From the sequence record NC_031120.1: a stretch of DNA of 64,000 nucleotides; one strand, 5' to 3'. The translations under genes and the position numbers were made by a program. Below, piece by piece: positions 35,039 through 43,595 of this stretch (position 1 is the stretch's first letter; every line of letters begins with the position of its first letter). Under the pieces are notes generated by a model, which saw only the letters and a program-made list of their open reading frames with translations, searched no databases and was not told where the DNA came from.

Positions 35039-35686
35039 ATGGCTAAACAACCACGTACTACCCCACTCAGCGTTAAGAAACCTGTACTCGAAGTAAACAA
35101 AACTCCGGCAGCTGAAGCCGAAACCCGCACCCCGTTGCTGGGCACGGTTATCCTGCCGACCAATGCCCAGATTCATGGCCGGAATACCATCACCTTGACC
35201 CAGGGTGATTTCTCCCTGAAGGTGTTCCAGGATAACACCATGAACACTTTCGTTACCAGCCACAAAGACACCGTGCTGTCCGTACTTCGCGGACATCGCC
35301 GTACCGCTATCTCTACCTTCGGTTTGCACATCGCCACTATCGCACGTCTGGCGGTGAACATGTCAGAAGAAGCGGCCTCAGCGTATCTGCAAGCGTCTGA
35401 GTTCTTTGACAACAACCTGCGTGCCTTCGCAGTGAAGTCGCAGCATGTGGTTGACCTGCAATACACCCACACGGGTGAAGAAGGTGCCCACACCGGGTAC
35501 GTCTTCATTGCCGGTAAGAACTTCATGCACGACGACCACATCCCGGCCGCCGCAGAAGAAGACCTGCTGCGCGCCTTGCCGTACATTAAGAACTTCTGCG
35601 ATCGTTATCTGCTGGTCGAGAAAGACACTGACATGACCTTGCTGGTTGATGGTCAGCAGCTCAACAGCAATCCGCTGAAATGGTAA
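35039..35686 (+). CDS. hypothetical protein
   Basis: 215 aa, AAGGAG RBS. Confidence 0.8.
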   Translation: MAKQPRTTPLSVKKPVLEVNKTPAAEAETRTPLLGTVILPTNAQIHGRNTITLTQGDFSLKVFQDNTMNTFVTSHKDTVLSVLRGHRRTAISTFGLHIATIARLAVNMSEEAASAYLQASEFFDNNLRAFAVKSQHVVDLQYTHTGEEGAHTGYVFIAGKNFMHDDHIPAAAEEDLLRALPYIKNFCDRYLLVEKDTDMTLLVDGQQLNSNPLKW

Positions 35687-35694
35687 GGTAACTC

Positions 35695-35725
35695 ATAAGG
35701 GGGCTTCGGCCTCCTTATATTTTTT
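35695..35725 (+). terminator. intrinsic terminator
   Basis: ATAAGGGGGC-TTCG-GCCTCCTTAT plus T run. Confidence 0.85.
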
Positions 35726-35729
35726 GTCT

Positions 35730-35754
35730 TTTTACGTTTGTATTAGATCTTGTG
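35730..35754 (+). promoter_or_regulatory. TAC-N15-TRTG motif
   Basis: TAC 35733, TGTG 35751. Confidence 0.45.
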
Positions 35755-35782
35755 AAGACTACACACTTTTGGGGTAAAAACG

Positions 35783-36727
35783 ATGTACAGTATTGCGCGC
35801 GTATTTTGGGGCAGCGACAAAGCCCGTAAACTGCGTGAGCTGTTGCAACCGGGCTCAGACTCGGGACGACGGCTTGACGCTTTCCTAAAGAACAAGGCCA
35901 TTAACGTTTATGCGTTGATGTGCAACCACGAGTTTGGCGGTTACTTTGCCACGTCCAGCGTACCGGGCGATAAAACCTTGGCCTGCCACCATATCTCGCA
36001 GTTGAAGCGCGATGCTGTCCGTCCGACTACCGTTCAACTGCTGCTCGACCATACCGGTACGAGTAACATCATGATGATGGCTGAAACGCCTGAGAAGGTG
36101 AAGTGTCTCGAAGCCCTGGGTTTCATTCTGATTGAGAATAACTGGAGTGCGCAGACGGCCTTATACGCGAATCTGGAGATTGATAAGCGTGTGCAGGATA
36201 TCTCCGGCTTACCTGTGGAACTGGTCGACGCCGACGACCTGCAATGCCTGAACGTGATTCTGTCCTGCGCCATCCTCAAAGAAGGCGAGTACGACCCACT
36301 ACAGCGCTACATCCTTGATACGATTCGTCCTGACCAGGTGTTAGAGCGTGCCCGTACTGGCCAGTACCGCACCCTGGTGTGGCGTGAGGCGGGGGTTATC
36401 AAAGGCATGGTGCAGCTCGAGTATACGGTGTGGGGTGGGGTGTCGTTGACCGGCATGGGTGTACATCCAAGTTGCCAGAACCAACGCATCGGACGCAACC
36501 TGGTTGCCGCCGCCATGAAACTGGCGTCTCAGTCGCATGACGAGATATCGGCCACCACGTTCGCCGGTAATCTCGAAGCTGAACATCTGTTGGGTCGCGT
36601 ATTGCGCTACACCAACCTTCCGGGTTCGTACGGCATGGCCTTCAACGAAGGTGCGGTGTCTTGGGTACGTCCTAAACGTTCACTCAAGAAAGCCGATATG
36701 GTACACGGCCCACTATTAACTGATTAG
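35783..36727 (+). CDS. tandem GNAT-fold protein
   Basis: C-half GMGVHPSCQNQRIGRNLV (motif A); N-half ends CLEALGF (motif B-like). Confidence 0.65.
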   Translation: MYSIARVFWGSDKARKLRELLQPGSDSGRRLDAFLKNKAINVYALMCNHEFGGYFATSSVPGDKTLACHHISQLKRDAVRPTTVQLLLDHTGTSNIMMMAETPEKVKCLEALGFILIENNWSAQTALYANLEIDKRVQDISGLPVELVDADDLQCLNVILSCAILKEGEYDPLQRYILDTIRPDQVLERARTGQYRTLVWREAGVIKGMVQLEYTVWGGVSLTGMGVHPSCQNQRIGRNLVAAAMKLASQSHDEISATTFAGNLEAEHLLGRVLRYTNLPGSYGMAFNEGAVSWVRPKRSLKKADMVHGPLLTD

Positions 36728-36735
36728 AGGTAGGG

Positions 36736-37560
36736 ATGCAACGCGCGATTTTAAAATGGGTAGGTGGGAAAGGACGTGTGCTGTCATCCCTTAAAAAAAT
36801 CCTTCCCGCGGGCGATTGCCTGGTGGAACCGTTTGTTGGGAGTGGGTCGGTGTTCCTTAATACCGACTACGCGCAATACCGACTGTCGGATTCTAACCCG
36901 GATTTAATCCTGGTGTTACGGGTCGCCTCCGAGGCCCCAGAGGATTTGATTGAAGCCTGCGAAGAGCTGTGGGGTCAAGGGTTTGACGGAGACACGTATG
37001 CCAAGTTGAAAAAGAAGTTCAACGACCGCACCAATGTCACCATCGAAGACAGTATTGACCGTGCGGCGCTGTTCATCTACCTGAACCGTCATGGCTTCAA
37101 TGGCTTATGTCGTTACAACAACAGCGGCATCTATAACGTCCCGCACGGCAAGTTAGAGGCTGCGCCTTATCTGCCCCGGGAAGAGATTCGTGCCTTCTGG
37201 AAGAAATGCACCGAATGCGAAGTCATTATCACCTGCCAGGACTTTGCGGAGGCGCTGGCGACAGTCCCTAAAAACGCGGTGGTCTATGCTGACCCGCCGT
37301 ACGTACCACGCACCAAAACGGAAGCCTTTACCCAATACCACAAAGCCCCGTTCAACCAACAGCATCACCGTACCTTAGCGAAGCTGTTGAAAGCTGCCCA
37401 TGCAGGCGGAGCCAAAGTCGTATTGTCTAACTCGGATACGTTGTTGACCAAAGACATCTATTACGGGTTTGATTGGCAGACGGTCGTGGTTGGTCGTTAT
37501 GTGGGGGCCAAGGCAGACAAGCGTGGGAAAGTCAACGAATTGATTGGAATCCTGAAATGA
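36736..37560 (+). CDS. dam: DNA adenine methyltransferase (Dam family)
   Basis: LKWVGGK, EPFVGSGSV, YLNRHGFNGLCRYN..G.YNVP.G, DPPY. Confidence 0.95.
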   Translation: MQRAILKWVGGKGRVLSSLKKILPAGDCLVEPFVGSGSVFLNTDYAQYRLSDSNPDLILVLRVASEAPEDLIEACEELWGQGFDGDTYAKLKKKFNDRTNVTIEDSIDRAALFIYLNRHGFNGLCRYNNSGIYNVPHGKLEAAPYLPREEIRAFWKKCTECEVIITCQDFAEALATVPKNAVVYADPPYVPRTKTEAFTQYHKAPFNQQHHRTLAKLLKAAHAGGAKVVLSNSDTLLTKDIYYGFDWQTVVVGRYVGAKADKRGKVNELIGILK

Positions 37561-38360
37561 AACTGATGCAGTATCAAAGTGGTGATAACCACATGGCCGT
37601 GCAGTTTAACGGCAAGATGGCCCGACTCGACAAAGTGTGGGAAGCGCTCAAGCAGTTCCGTGGTGGGTTGTGTGACCACAGTGAGCATTTCCTGATTCTG
37701 TCGAACACGGACCGCGTGCTGATGTACTTTAATGGCAGCCGTAGTGGTCGTCATTTTTATATCCAGGGTTTCTCCCCACTGGCAGACCAACCGTTCAAGC
37801 AATGGAAAGCACTGCAACGTGAACTGGAGGTCAGTTACCTTGAACTGGTAACAGATTCAAGCGGGGATAAGTTGAAAGCGCAAATGCAGGGTTTGAATCT
37901 CGAGCTGGTAACGAAGCGCGTCGATTTTGTCGTGACCGATCCAGACCAGGTACATTTCCCAATTGCGGGATTACAGTTACAAGAAAACAGCTCTTTGGAA
38001 GAGATTGCTGCTTTGTGTGAACTGGCTAAGAAAAAGATGGCAGATGCCCAGGATGTTTTAGCCAGTGCTGCCGCAGGGGCTGTAGATGTAGTAATGCGCT
38101 ACACCGGGAGTGTATTAACGAGCGCATTGTTCTACAGTCATCTCAACGACAAAATGTTGGTGAGTGAAGGGTTCGTTTCATGTTACCCCATCGGTAGCCT
38201 GGAATACGCCCAGGAGTTCATCGCGCATTTCCGTGGGATGCTTGAGCGTTGTGCACGCGAGAACAAAACGTTCTCCATTGCCATGGCCGCTGAAGCCAAT
38301 ATTCCTGAGTACGAGGGCATTGAACACGAGGTACGGTCTTATCATTACACCTTCGCCTAG
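37557..38360 (+). CDS. degenerate tandem GNAT-like protein
   Basis: ATGA-coupled to dam; 267 aa, two halves with GNAT-like topology; weak motifs. Confidence 0.4.
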   Translation: MKLMQYQSGDNHMAVQFNGKMARLDKVWEALKQFRGGLCDHSEHFLILSNTDRVLMYFNGSRSGRHFYIQGFSPLADQPFKQWKALQRELEVSYLELVTDSSGDKLKAQMQGLNLELVTKRVDFVVTDPDQVHFPIAGLQLQENSSLEEIAALCELAKKKMADAQDVLASAAAGAVDVVMRYTGSVLTSALFYSHLNDKMLVSEGFVSCYPIGSLEYAQEFIAHFRGMLERCARENKTFSIAMAAEANIPEYEGIEHEVRSYHYTFA

Positions 38361-38368
38361 GAGACTCG

Positions 38369-39166
38369 ATGAAACAGATACGCCTGGTAGAAGAAACTGA
38401 ACGTCTTTCCAGCCAAGAATGGCTTAGTGAGAATCAGATTGAATATTTTCAGCAACTCGTTTCCCTGCACGTAGATGATGACGAAGATTACTTCCGACTC
38501 GTGTTCGTGTTTGTCGGAGAAGTAAGGGCAATGGCCTTACTGTTCCTCGACCGTGGGTTTCTGGTAGAACTGATGGGACTTAACACTAACCCTGAGATAT
38601 CGGTCCCCAGTGTTACTAAACAGTTGCTGCGGCATCTGGAACGTCCGCGGATTATTGCCTACGCCCGTGAATACGAAGACCAGTATGTCGAAATGGGGTT
38701 GCCCGTAGTGTCGGTTAACTACGCCCGCCCCATCATTCCAGGTAAGCGCGACGATAAACGCTTTACGGCGAATGTTGCTTCGTTGTATCACGATAAAGAG
38801 CAGTTCCGCATTTATGTTCGTACCACCCTTGGCGATGACCCGGCGGTTGAATCTGTACTCAATGCCGACGGGATGTTTTCATTGTACATTACCGAGGAAG
38901 GCGAACAGGTGGCGGCGATTGTCAGTCGTGGGGTGAAGCGATGGGTATTATCCGATCCACAGATACTGCGTGTGTCTGGGAATAAACCGGTATCCGATAT
39001 CGTCTTTGGACGTTTTGTTGAATGCCTGATGGCCTGCTTACCGAAAGGGGATATCCTGATGTACTCCTCAACGATACAGGCAGCGAACAACCGGGTGACG
39101 TGGCTCATCATGAATGGCTTCGTCCCGGAAAGCTATTTACATCATCGTGCCCTAAAGGAGCATTAA
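38369..39166 (+). CDS. degenerate tandem GNAT-like protein
   Basis: halves end YVEMGLPV and WLIMNGFVP (motif B-like). Confidence 0.45.
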   Translation: MKQIRLVEETERLSSQEWLSENQIEYFQQLVSLHVDDDEDYFRLVFVFVGEVRAMALLFLDRGFLVELMGLNTNPEISVPSVTKQLLRHLERPRIIAYAREYEDQYVEMGLPVVSVNYARPIIPGKRDDKRFTANVASLYHDKEQFRIYVRTTLGDDPAVESVLNADGMFSLYITEEGEQVAAIVSRGVKRWVLSDPQILRVSGNKPVSDIVFGRFVECLMACLPKGDILMYSSTIQAANNRVTWLIMNGFVPESYLHHRALKEH

Positions 39167-39930
39167 TGAAAGAGATTACTCAAGCCGTTCTTGATGGAAC
39201 GTATGACCGTCCTCTCGGTCGCGGTCTGTTGAACTGGCGTATCCTGCCGCTTGATGTCGAGGTGGGGGAAACCAAGCACATTGTCGAACTGGCCGATGGG
39301 GCGTTTGGCTACATGCGTAAGGTGGACGACATCGCGCTGCTCACTGATATGGACTTACTCTTCGGTAACCCGCCGAATATCCAGGGCTTGCCGGAAGTAA
39401 TGGGGGTCAGTGCGGTGGTGTTGTATACCTCCAACCTGCAAGACCCGCTCCCTGTAGCAATGGGGATGCACAAAACCACAGTGCGCACCCGCAAGGCAGG
39501 TGGGTTTGAAGTAAGCTGTCCGCCTGGGTTTGAGGCCGACGTGGTTTTGTCGGACGAAGAGACCAAGCGTCTGTTTGAAATCGCAGAAAGTAGTCCGACG
39601 ATGAAAGCGGCGCTGTCGCTGGTAGGACGTGGAGTATCTTTCATCTGCCGCTATCGGTCAAAGGCCGGTGACGCACTGATGATTGTCGATCGTTACGACG
39701 AAAGCAACAAAAGCATCACGATGAACACCTTCCACGTTATCGGTACGCAAGATATCTTCCCGATGCTGGATGGGTTTAATTACCTGACGTCGAAAGAAGA
39801 CTTCGGCTATTTTGACTGCCCGTTAACTGATGACGGAATGACCGGCCCAATCCATCAGTACATGGAAAACCTCGGCTTTAAAGAATACAGCTGTGCTTAC
39901 GTAATCAATGCTACCCCTAAAGGAGAATAA
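39166..39930 (+). CDS. degenerate tandem GNAT-like protein
   Basis: TAATG-coupled; ends YMENLGFKEY. Confidence 0.45.
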   Translation: MKEITQAVLDGTYDRPLGRGLLNWRILPLDVEVGETKHIVELADGAFGYMRKVDDIALLTDMDLLFGNPPNIQGLPEVMGVSAVVLYTSNLQDPLPVAMGMHKTTVRTRKAGGFEVSCPPGFEADVVLSDEETKRLFEIAESSPTMKAALSLVGRGVSFICRYRSKAGDALMIVDRYDESNKSITMNTFHVIGTQDIFPMLDGFNYLTSKEDFGYFDCPLTDDGMTGPIHQYMENLGFKEYSCAYVINATPKGE

Positions 39931-39931
39931 C

Positions 39932-40204
39932 ATGTCAATCAATCGTTCTGTATCCCGTTCTAAAGAAGTGGTCTATACCGTCGAAACTGGCGATGAGATG
40001 GAGAAGTTCCACGGCGTGATTGATGAGAACCATGTCCTGCTCGTTGCCTACCCGGGCAAAGAGATGACGAATCGTCGTCACACTTCACTGCTGGAAAAGC
40101 TGGTCGCCAAAGCAGCTAATCGTGACGGTATTAAATCTCACGACGTGCTGTACGGCAAAGTGTTGAACGAAGACGGCAAAGAGCTGGTGATTCACAACGC
40201 CTAA
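39932..40204 (+). CDS. hypothetical protein
   Basis: ATG 39932 with AAGGAG RBS; 90 aa. Confidence 0.75.
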   Translation: MSINRSVSRSKEVVYTVETGDEMEKFHGVIDENHVLLVAYPGKEMTNRRHTSLLEKLVAKAANRDGIKSHDVLYGKVLNEDGKELVIHNA

Positions 40205-40245
40205 CGACGGTTATTCTATGACCCTTTAAACGATGAGGAAAGGCG

Positions 40246-40734
40246 ATGGAAGTTATTGACTTCGAGCAGATGCCTCAACATGACTTCGACCTCCGCGTCC
40301 GTGATGAAGCCAATGTTGATCCACAGATGCTCATGAAGCGTTACTACACGCTGCTAACAGGTGTAGAGAAAGACGAAGTAAGCATCGACGACTTTGAGAA
40401 AGCATTGGCGGGTCTCATCCAGTCGAATGTCTCGCATGTGGCGTTGCTCAATGAACTTAACTTCACTGAGGTGGAACCGCTGGATGCCGCGATGATTCTG
40501 AAAGAGAGTATCGTGCCCAATGACGATGTCCTCGACCAGCTCGCGAAACTGCGCGGTGACTTCGACCAGGCTGTTGACGACTATACGCAACAGTTACTGG
40601 AAGCTGGTATCACCTTAGTGGCTCCGGTTGACCCTAACCCATCCACTGAGCAAGAGAACGCCGCTCGTTACCGCCTGGCCCGCTATGTGGCAACCAGTGT
40701 GTTGGTTGACGACCGCGAAGAAACGCAGTTCTAA
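40246..40734 (+). CDS. acidic helical hypothetical protein
   Basis: 162 aa, GAGG RBS. Confidence 0.8.
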   Translation: MEVIDFEQMPQHDFDLRVRDEANVDPQMLMKRYYTLLTGVEKDEVSIDDFEKALAGLIQSNVSHVALLNELNFTEVEPLDAAMILKESIVPNDDVLDQLAKLRGDFDQAVDDYTQQLLEAGITLVAPVDPNPSTEQENAARYRLARYVATSVLVDDREETQF

Positions 40735-40739
40735 GTTAT

Positions 40740-40770
40740 GCCTACCCTTCGGGGTAGGCTTTCTTTTTTT
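40740..40770 (+). terminator. intrinsic terminator
   Basis: GCCTACCC-TTCG-GGGTAGGC plus T run. Confidence 0.9.
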
Positions 40771-40774
40771 ATTT

Positions 40775-40799
40775 AAATACAGATGACATCTTGTATATG
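40775..40799 (+). promoter_or_regulatory. TAC-N15-TRTG motif
   Basis: AAATAC, TAC 40778, TATG 40796. Confidence 0.45.
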
Positions 40800-40822
40800 T
40801 ACAACCCCTAATAATCAGAGGA

Positions 40823-41167
40823 ATGAAAAGAATGTGGATTAGCGCTATTCACCGTGACCTGCCAAAAATCGTTGACTTCGGTACCACCTCAACAGGTGAC
40901 CCGCATCCTGAGCCGGTGCAAATCGACGTTGGTCTGGCGCGCTTTGACCGTATGGAAGAAGGTCAGTTTGTCGTAATGGACGACAAGGACAACGAGTTTA
41001 TGTTGTTCCACCCGGAAGTCGATACTTCCGATATCAAAGAAGGTGTCTGGTTAGCCTCCTGGCACGATAAGTCCACCGACAAGTGGATGTGGGCGATTGC
41101 CAAGAACGTGGGCGCTAATGCTTTCGTACTGGATGAGAAACATCACGTCGAACCGAAGCCCCACTAA
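40823..41167 (+). CDS. hypothetical protein
   Basis: 114 aa, GAGG RBS. Confidence 0.75.
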   Translation: MKRMWISAIHRDLPKIVDFGTTSTGDPHPEPVQIDVGLARFDRMEEGQFVVMDDKDNEFMLFHPEVDTSDIKEGVWLASWHDKSTDKWMWAIAKNVGANAFVLDEKHHVEPKPH

Positions 41168-41180
41168 CGAATATCTTTTC

Positions 41181-41202
41181 AGATAGATGTTATCAAAGTG
41201 AG
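41181..41202 (+). promoter_or_regulatory. putative early promoter
   Basis: AGATAGATGTTATC-AAA-GTGAG. Confidence 0.65.
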
Positions 41203-41222
41203 TGTAGATACACTTGCCGGAC

Positions 41223-41265
41223 TTACCCTACTCGTTTTCGAGTAGGGTAATCTATATTCTTTTTC
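41223..41265 (+). terminator. 12-bp perfect hairpin in 5' leader (terminator/attenuator or stabiliser)
   Basis: TTACCCTACTCG-TTTT-CGAGTAGGGTAA followed by T-rich tract. Confidence 0.6.
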
Positions 41266-41279
41266 TCGAGGAAGAGATC

Positions 41280-41732
41280 ATGTTCCAGAACTCCGTTGTG
41301 AGTGACGCTGAATTAAATCAGTTTCGTGAGCGAACGCAACTGATGATTGACAACGGCGACTTGGCTCGAAGCAAATTGAAAGACGTTATCGTCGAATTGC
41401 AAAAGGTCAAAGATATCGCTACCGTGTGGTCATGCGAGGGTTTAGTCCGCATCGAAAAGGGACGCCCTCGCACACGCCAACCCCATTACCTGACCTTCGT
41501 GGTCAATGAGAAGGGCCTCAAGCTGCTGGAAGTTATCTGGCAGGTATGGCAATCCGCTGATGACGGTGAACGCATGACCTTGTGCCTGCAACGCCAACAG
41601 CATCAAAATCGTCCGACCTCGTCGTATCCGGCCTGGACGTTTAAACTTAATCGTCGCCCTGACGATGATGTCGTTGACCGGGCATGCGGGTACTGGCTGA
41701 TGATGGCAAAAGTGATGTCAGCCCAATCCTAA
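41280..41732 (+). CDS. hypothetical protein
   Basis: ATG 41280 with GAGG RBS; 150 aa; TVWSCEG motif. Confidence 0.7.
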   Translation: MFQNSVVSDAELNQFRERTQLMIDNGDLARSKLKDVIVELQKVKDIATVWSCEGLVRIEKGRPRTRQPHYLTFVVNEKGLKLLEVIWQVWQSADDGERMTLCLQRQQHQNRPTSSYPAWTFKLNRRPDDDVVDRACGYWLMMAKVMSAQS

Positions 41733-41733
41733 A

Positions 41734-41758
41734 TTTTACGTGACCGTTCAATCTAATG
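41734..41758 (+). promoter_or_regulatory. TAC-N15-(A)ATG motif variant
   Basis: TAC 41737, AATG 41755; no upstream terminator hairpin. Confidence 0.45.
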
Positions 41759-41782
41759 TATACCCCACTGGAGAATAATAAC

Positions 41783-42391
41783 ATGCAATCCATCGCACGC
41801 CCACTCGACGTAGTCGCATTCCCTGAATTCACTGGCGCACAGATGTACATGAAGAAAGTGCTCGCCAAAGTTGCCCATCTGGTCGTGCCCTTGGCATACC
41901 GCCCTATGGTACGCAAGATGATTCTTGATGCGGGCATCGACAGTGGCCAGCATGTCTGGCTTACTATCGATGAATCTCGTGTTAAGAAAGGTCAGAAGCA
42001 CCGTCGTGGTGGTGCCCACATTGATGGCTGCTACGAAACCATGGGCTGGAATGGCTGGGGTGGCGGTGGTTGGTTGAACGGTGTGCCTGGTCGTATGCTG
42101 AATGCGGAAGAACATGCCCGTTCCTACCAGAACCCGAATGGCGGTATGATTATTGCCTCCAACTTCGAAGCCTGTCGTGTGTGGTTGGGAGATGTGGATG
42201 GTATCGCCGGACAAGGCGGTGACTGTGAGCACCTGCGTGACCAGTTCGATAACCTCGACACGTCGCTGATGGAAGCGAACCGTGTCTATCTCACTAACTC
42301 CACCTGTATTCATGAATCGCTGCCCTTAGCGCAGTCATTCAATCGTCAACTTATTCGTATCACTCTGTCCGAACACCATCAGTTCCAGTAA
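41783..42391 (+). CDS. 2OG-Fe(II) dioxygenase-like protein
   Basis: GAHIDG (HxD), CIHES (distal His), RQLIRI (2OG-binding Arg); ATG 41783 with GGAG. Confidence 0.7.
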   Translation: MQSIARPLDVVAFPEFTGAQMYMKKVLAKVAHLVVPLAYRPMVRKMILDAGIDSGQHVWLTIDESRVKKGQKHRRGGAHIDGCYETMGWNGWGGGGWLNGVPGRMLNAEEHARSYQNPNGGMIIASNFEACRVWLGDVDGIAGQGGDCEHLRDQFDNLDTSLMEANRVYLTNSTCIHESLPLAQSFNRQLIRITLSEHHQFQ

Positions 42392-42418
42392 TAGAATACC
42401 CCATTAGGAGAATCAAAC

Positions 42419-43054
42419 ATGGCCAAGAACAAGAAACCACGTAACAAAAAATATAGCCCGCAAGCAGCACACGCTGAGACCTCTCGCATGGTTGCAGAGA
42501 ATGCGTTAAACCGCATTGCTTTTATCGGTGCCTCTAACCGTCGCCTTCAGCCGTTTGGCGGCCGTGGTTTCCAGTATACCGTTTCCCGTGCTGTACGTGT
42601 CACCGTCAGTGCGGCCTTAGCGGAAACCCTCTTCGAAGATACCCGCACCTGGCAGTTGTGGATGTGTCACTATGCCAATGGTGAGCATGGTGTGGAAGCG
42701 ACCTCTGCGTTCTCGGTGTTGGAAGACTACACCCTGGGTGACTTTAACGAGCACATTCAGACGTTGGTCGACCACTCCCGCCCAGAAGACATTGCCGATG
42801 AAGACTATATCGGCTTTGCGTTCTTCTGTGCCCCGAATGACCGCTGGGACTTTAATGGTCCCGCTGATGAACGTTTGATTGAGAACTTCATGGCATCCGG
42901 TGTGTTAGAGAAAGAAGAGCACGTACCGATGGCGGTTTGGCCGGTGACTCGTGAGGAGCTTATCATTAAAATGATGGCTGACCACACGAAGTTTGATTCC
43001 AGTATCAAAATCCATCAGCGTGGTGAAGGCGATGACTACAAGCGTATCGACTAA
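42419..43054 (+). CDS. hypothetical protein with basic N-terminus
   Basis: 211 aa, AGGAG RBS. Confidence 0.8.
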   Translation: MAKNKKPRNKKYSPQAAHAETSRMVAENALNRIAFIGASNRRLQPFGGRGFQYTVSRAVRVTVSAALAETLFEDTRTWQLWMCHYANGEHGVEATSAFSVLEDYTLGDFNEHIQTLVDHSRPEDIADEDYIGFAFFCAPNDRWDFNGPADERLIENFMASGVLEKEEHVPMAVWPVTREELIIKMMADHTKFDSSIKIHQRGEGDDYKRID

Positions 43055-43595
43055 CTTCTGGAAACGGATTGTCCGTCTCTGGAAGAAACCGAGAGGGCCA
43101 GACTTTGGCCCGATTGTGCAGGCAGTGGAAGAATACTTCGAGGCAGGCCATCATGACGTGATGGCTTTGGCGGACTCCATGTACCTCACCCCGCGTGAGC
43201 TGTATTTCATGATGCCGAACGACAGCCTGCGTTGCAATATCCTGCCCGCGTTACCTGAAAAGGAACGTGAGGAGTTACGCAAGGAAATCTGTGCGCGGGT
43301 ATTTGACCGTAACAAAGTCCAATACCAGCTTCACCACATCAGCCCACAATTTCACGACCTCGGTGAGCTGGAGCATTTCCTGTTCATGCAACAGCACAGT
43401 GCTTTGCTGACGGAGGAACTTAACACGGTACCGCCCATCATTGGCACACCGTTCATTAGTCCACGCGGCGAACGCTCAATCCACTTGATTCTTGCCATCC
43501 CCGGCCATGACATGGACCTCGGTGTCATCAGCGGGTTAACGGATTCGCAAGAAAAATTGTTAATGGTGAAATATGGACAAGCTAACCCCAGTTGA
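43032..43595 (+). CDS. hypothetical protein
   Basis: ATG 43032; overlaps both neighbours by about 23 nt. Confidence 0.7.
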   Translation: MTTSVSTNFWKRIVRLWKKPRGPDFGPIVQAVEEYFEAGHHDVMALADSMYLTPRELYFMMPNDSLRCNILPALPEKEREELRKEICARVFDRNKVQYQLHHISPQFHDLGELEHFLFMQQHSALLTEELNTVPPIIGTPFISPRGERSIHLILAIPGHDMDLGVISGLTDSQEKLLMVKYGQANPS

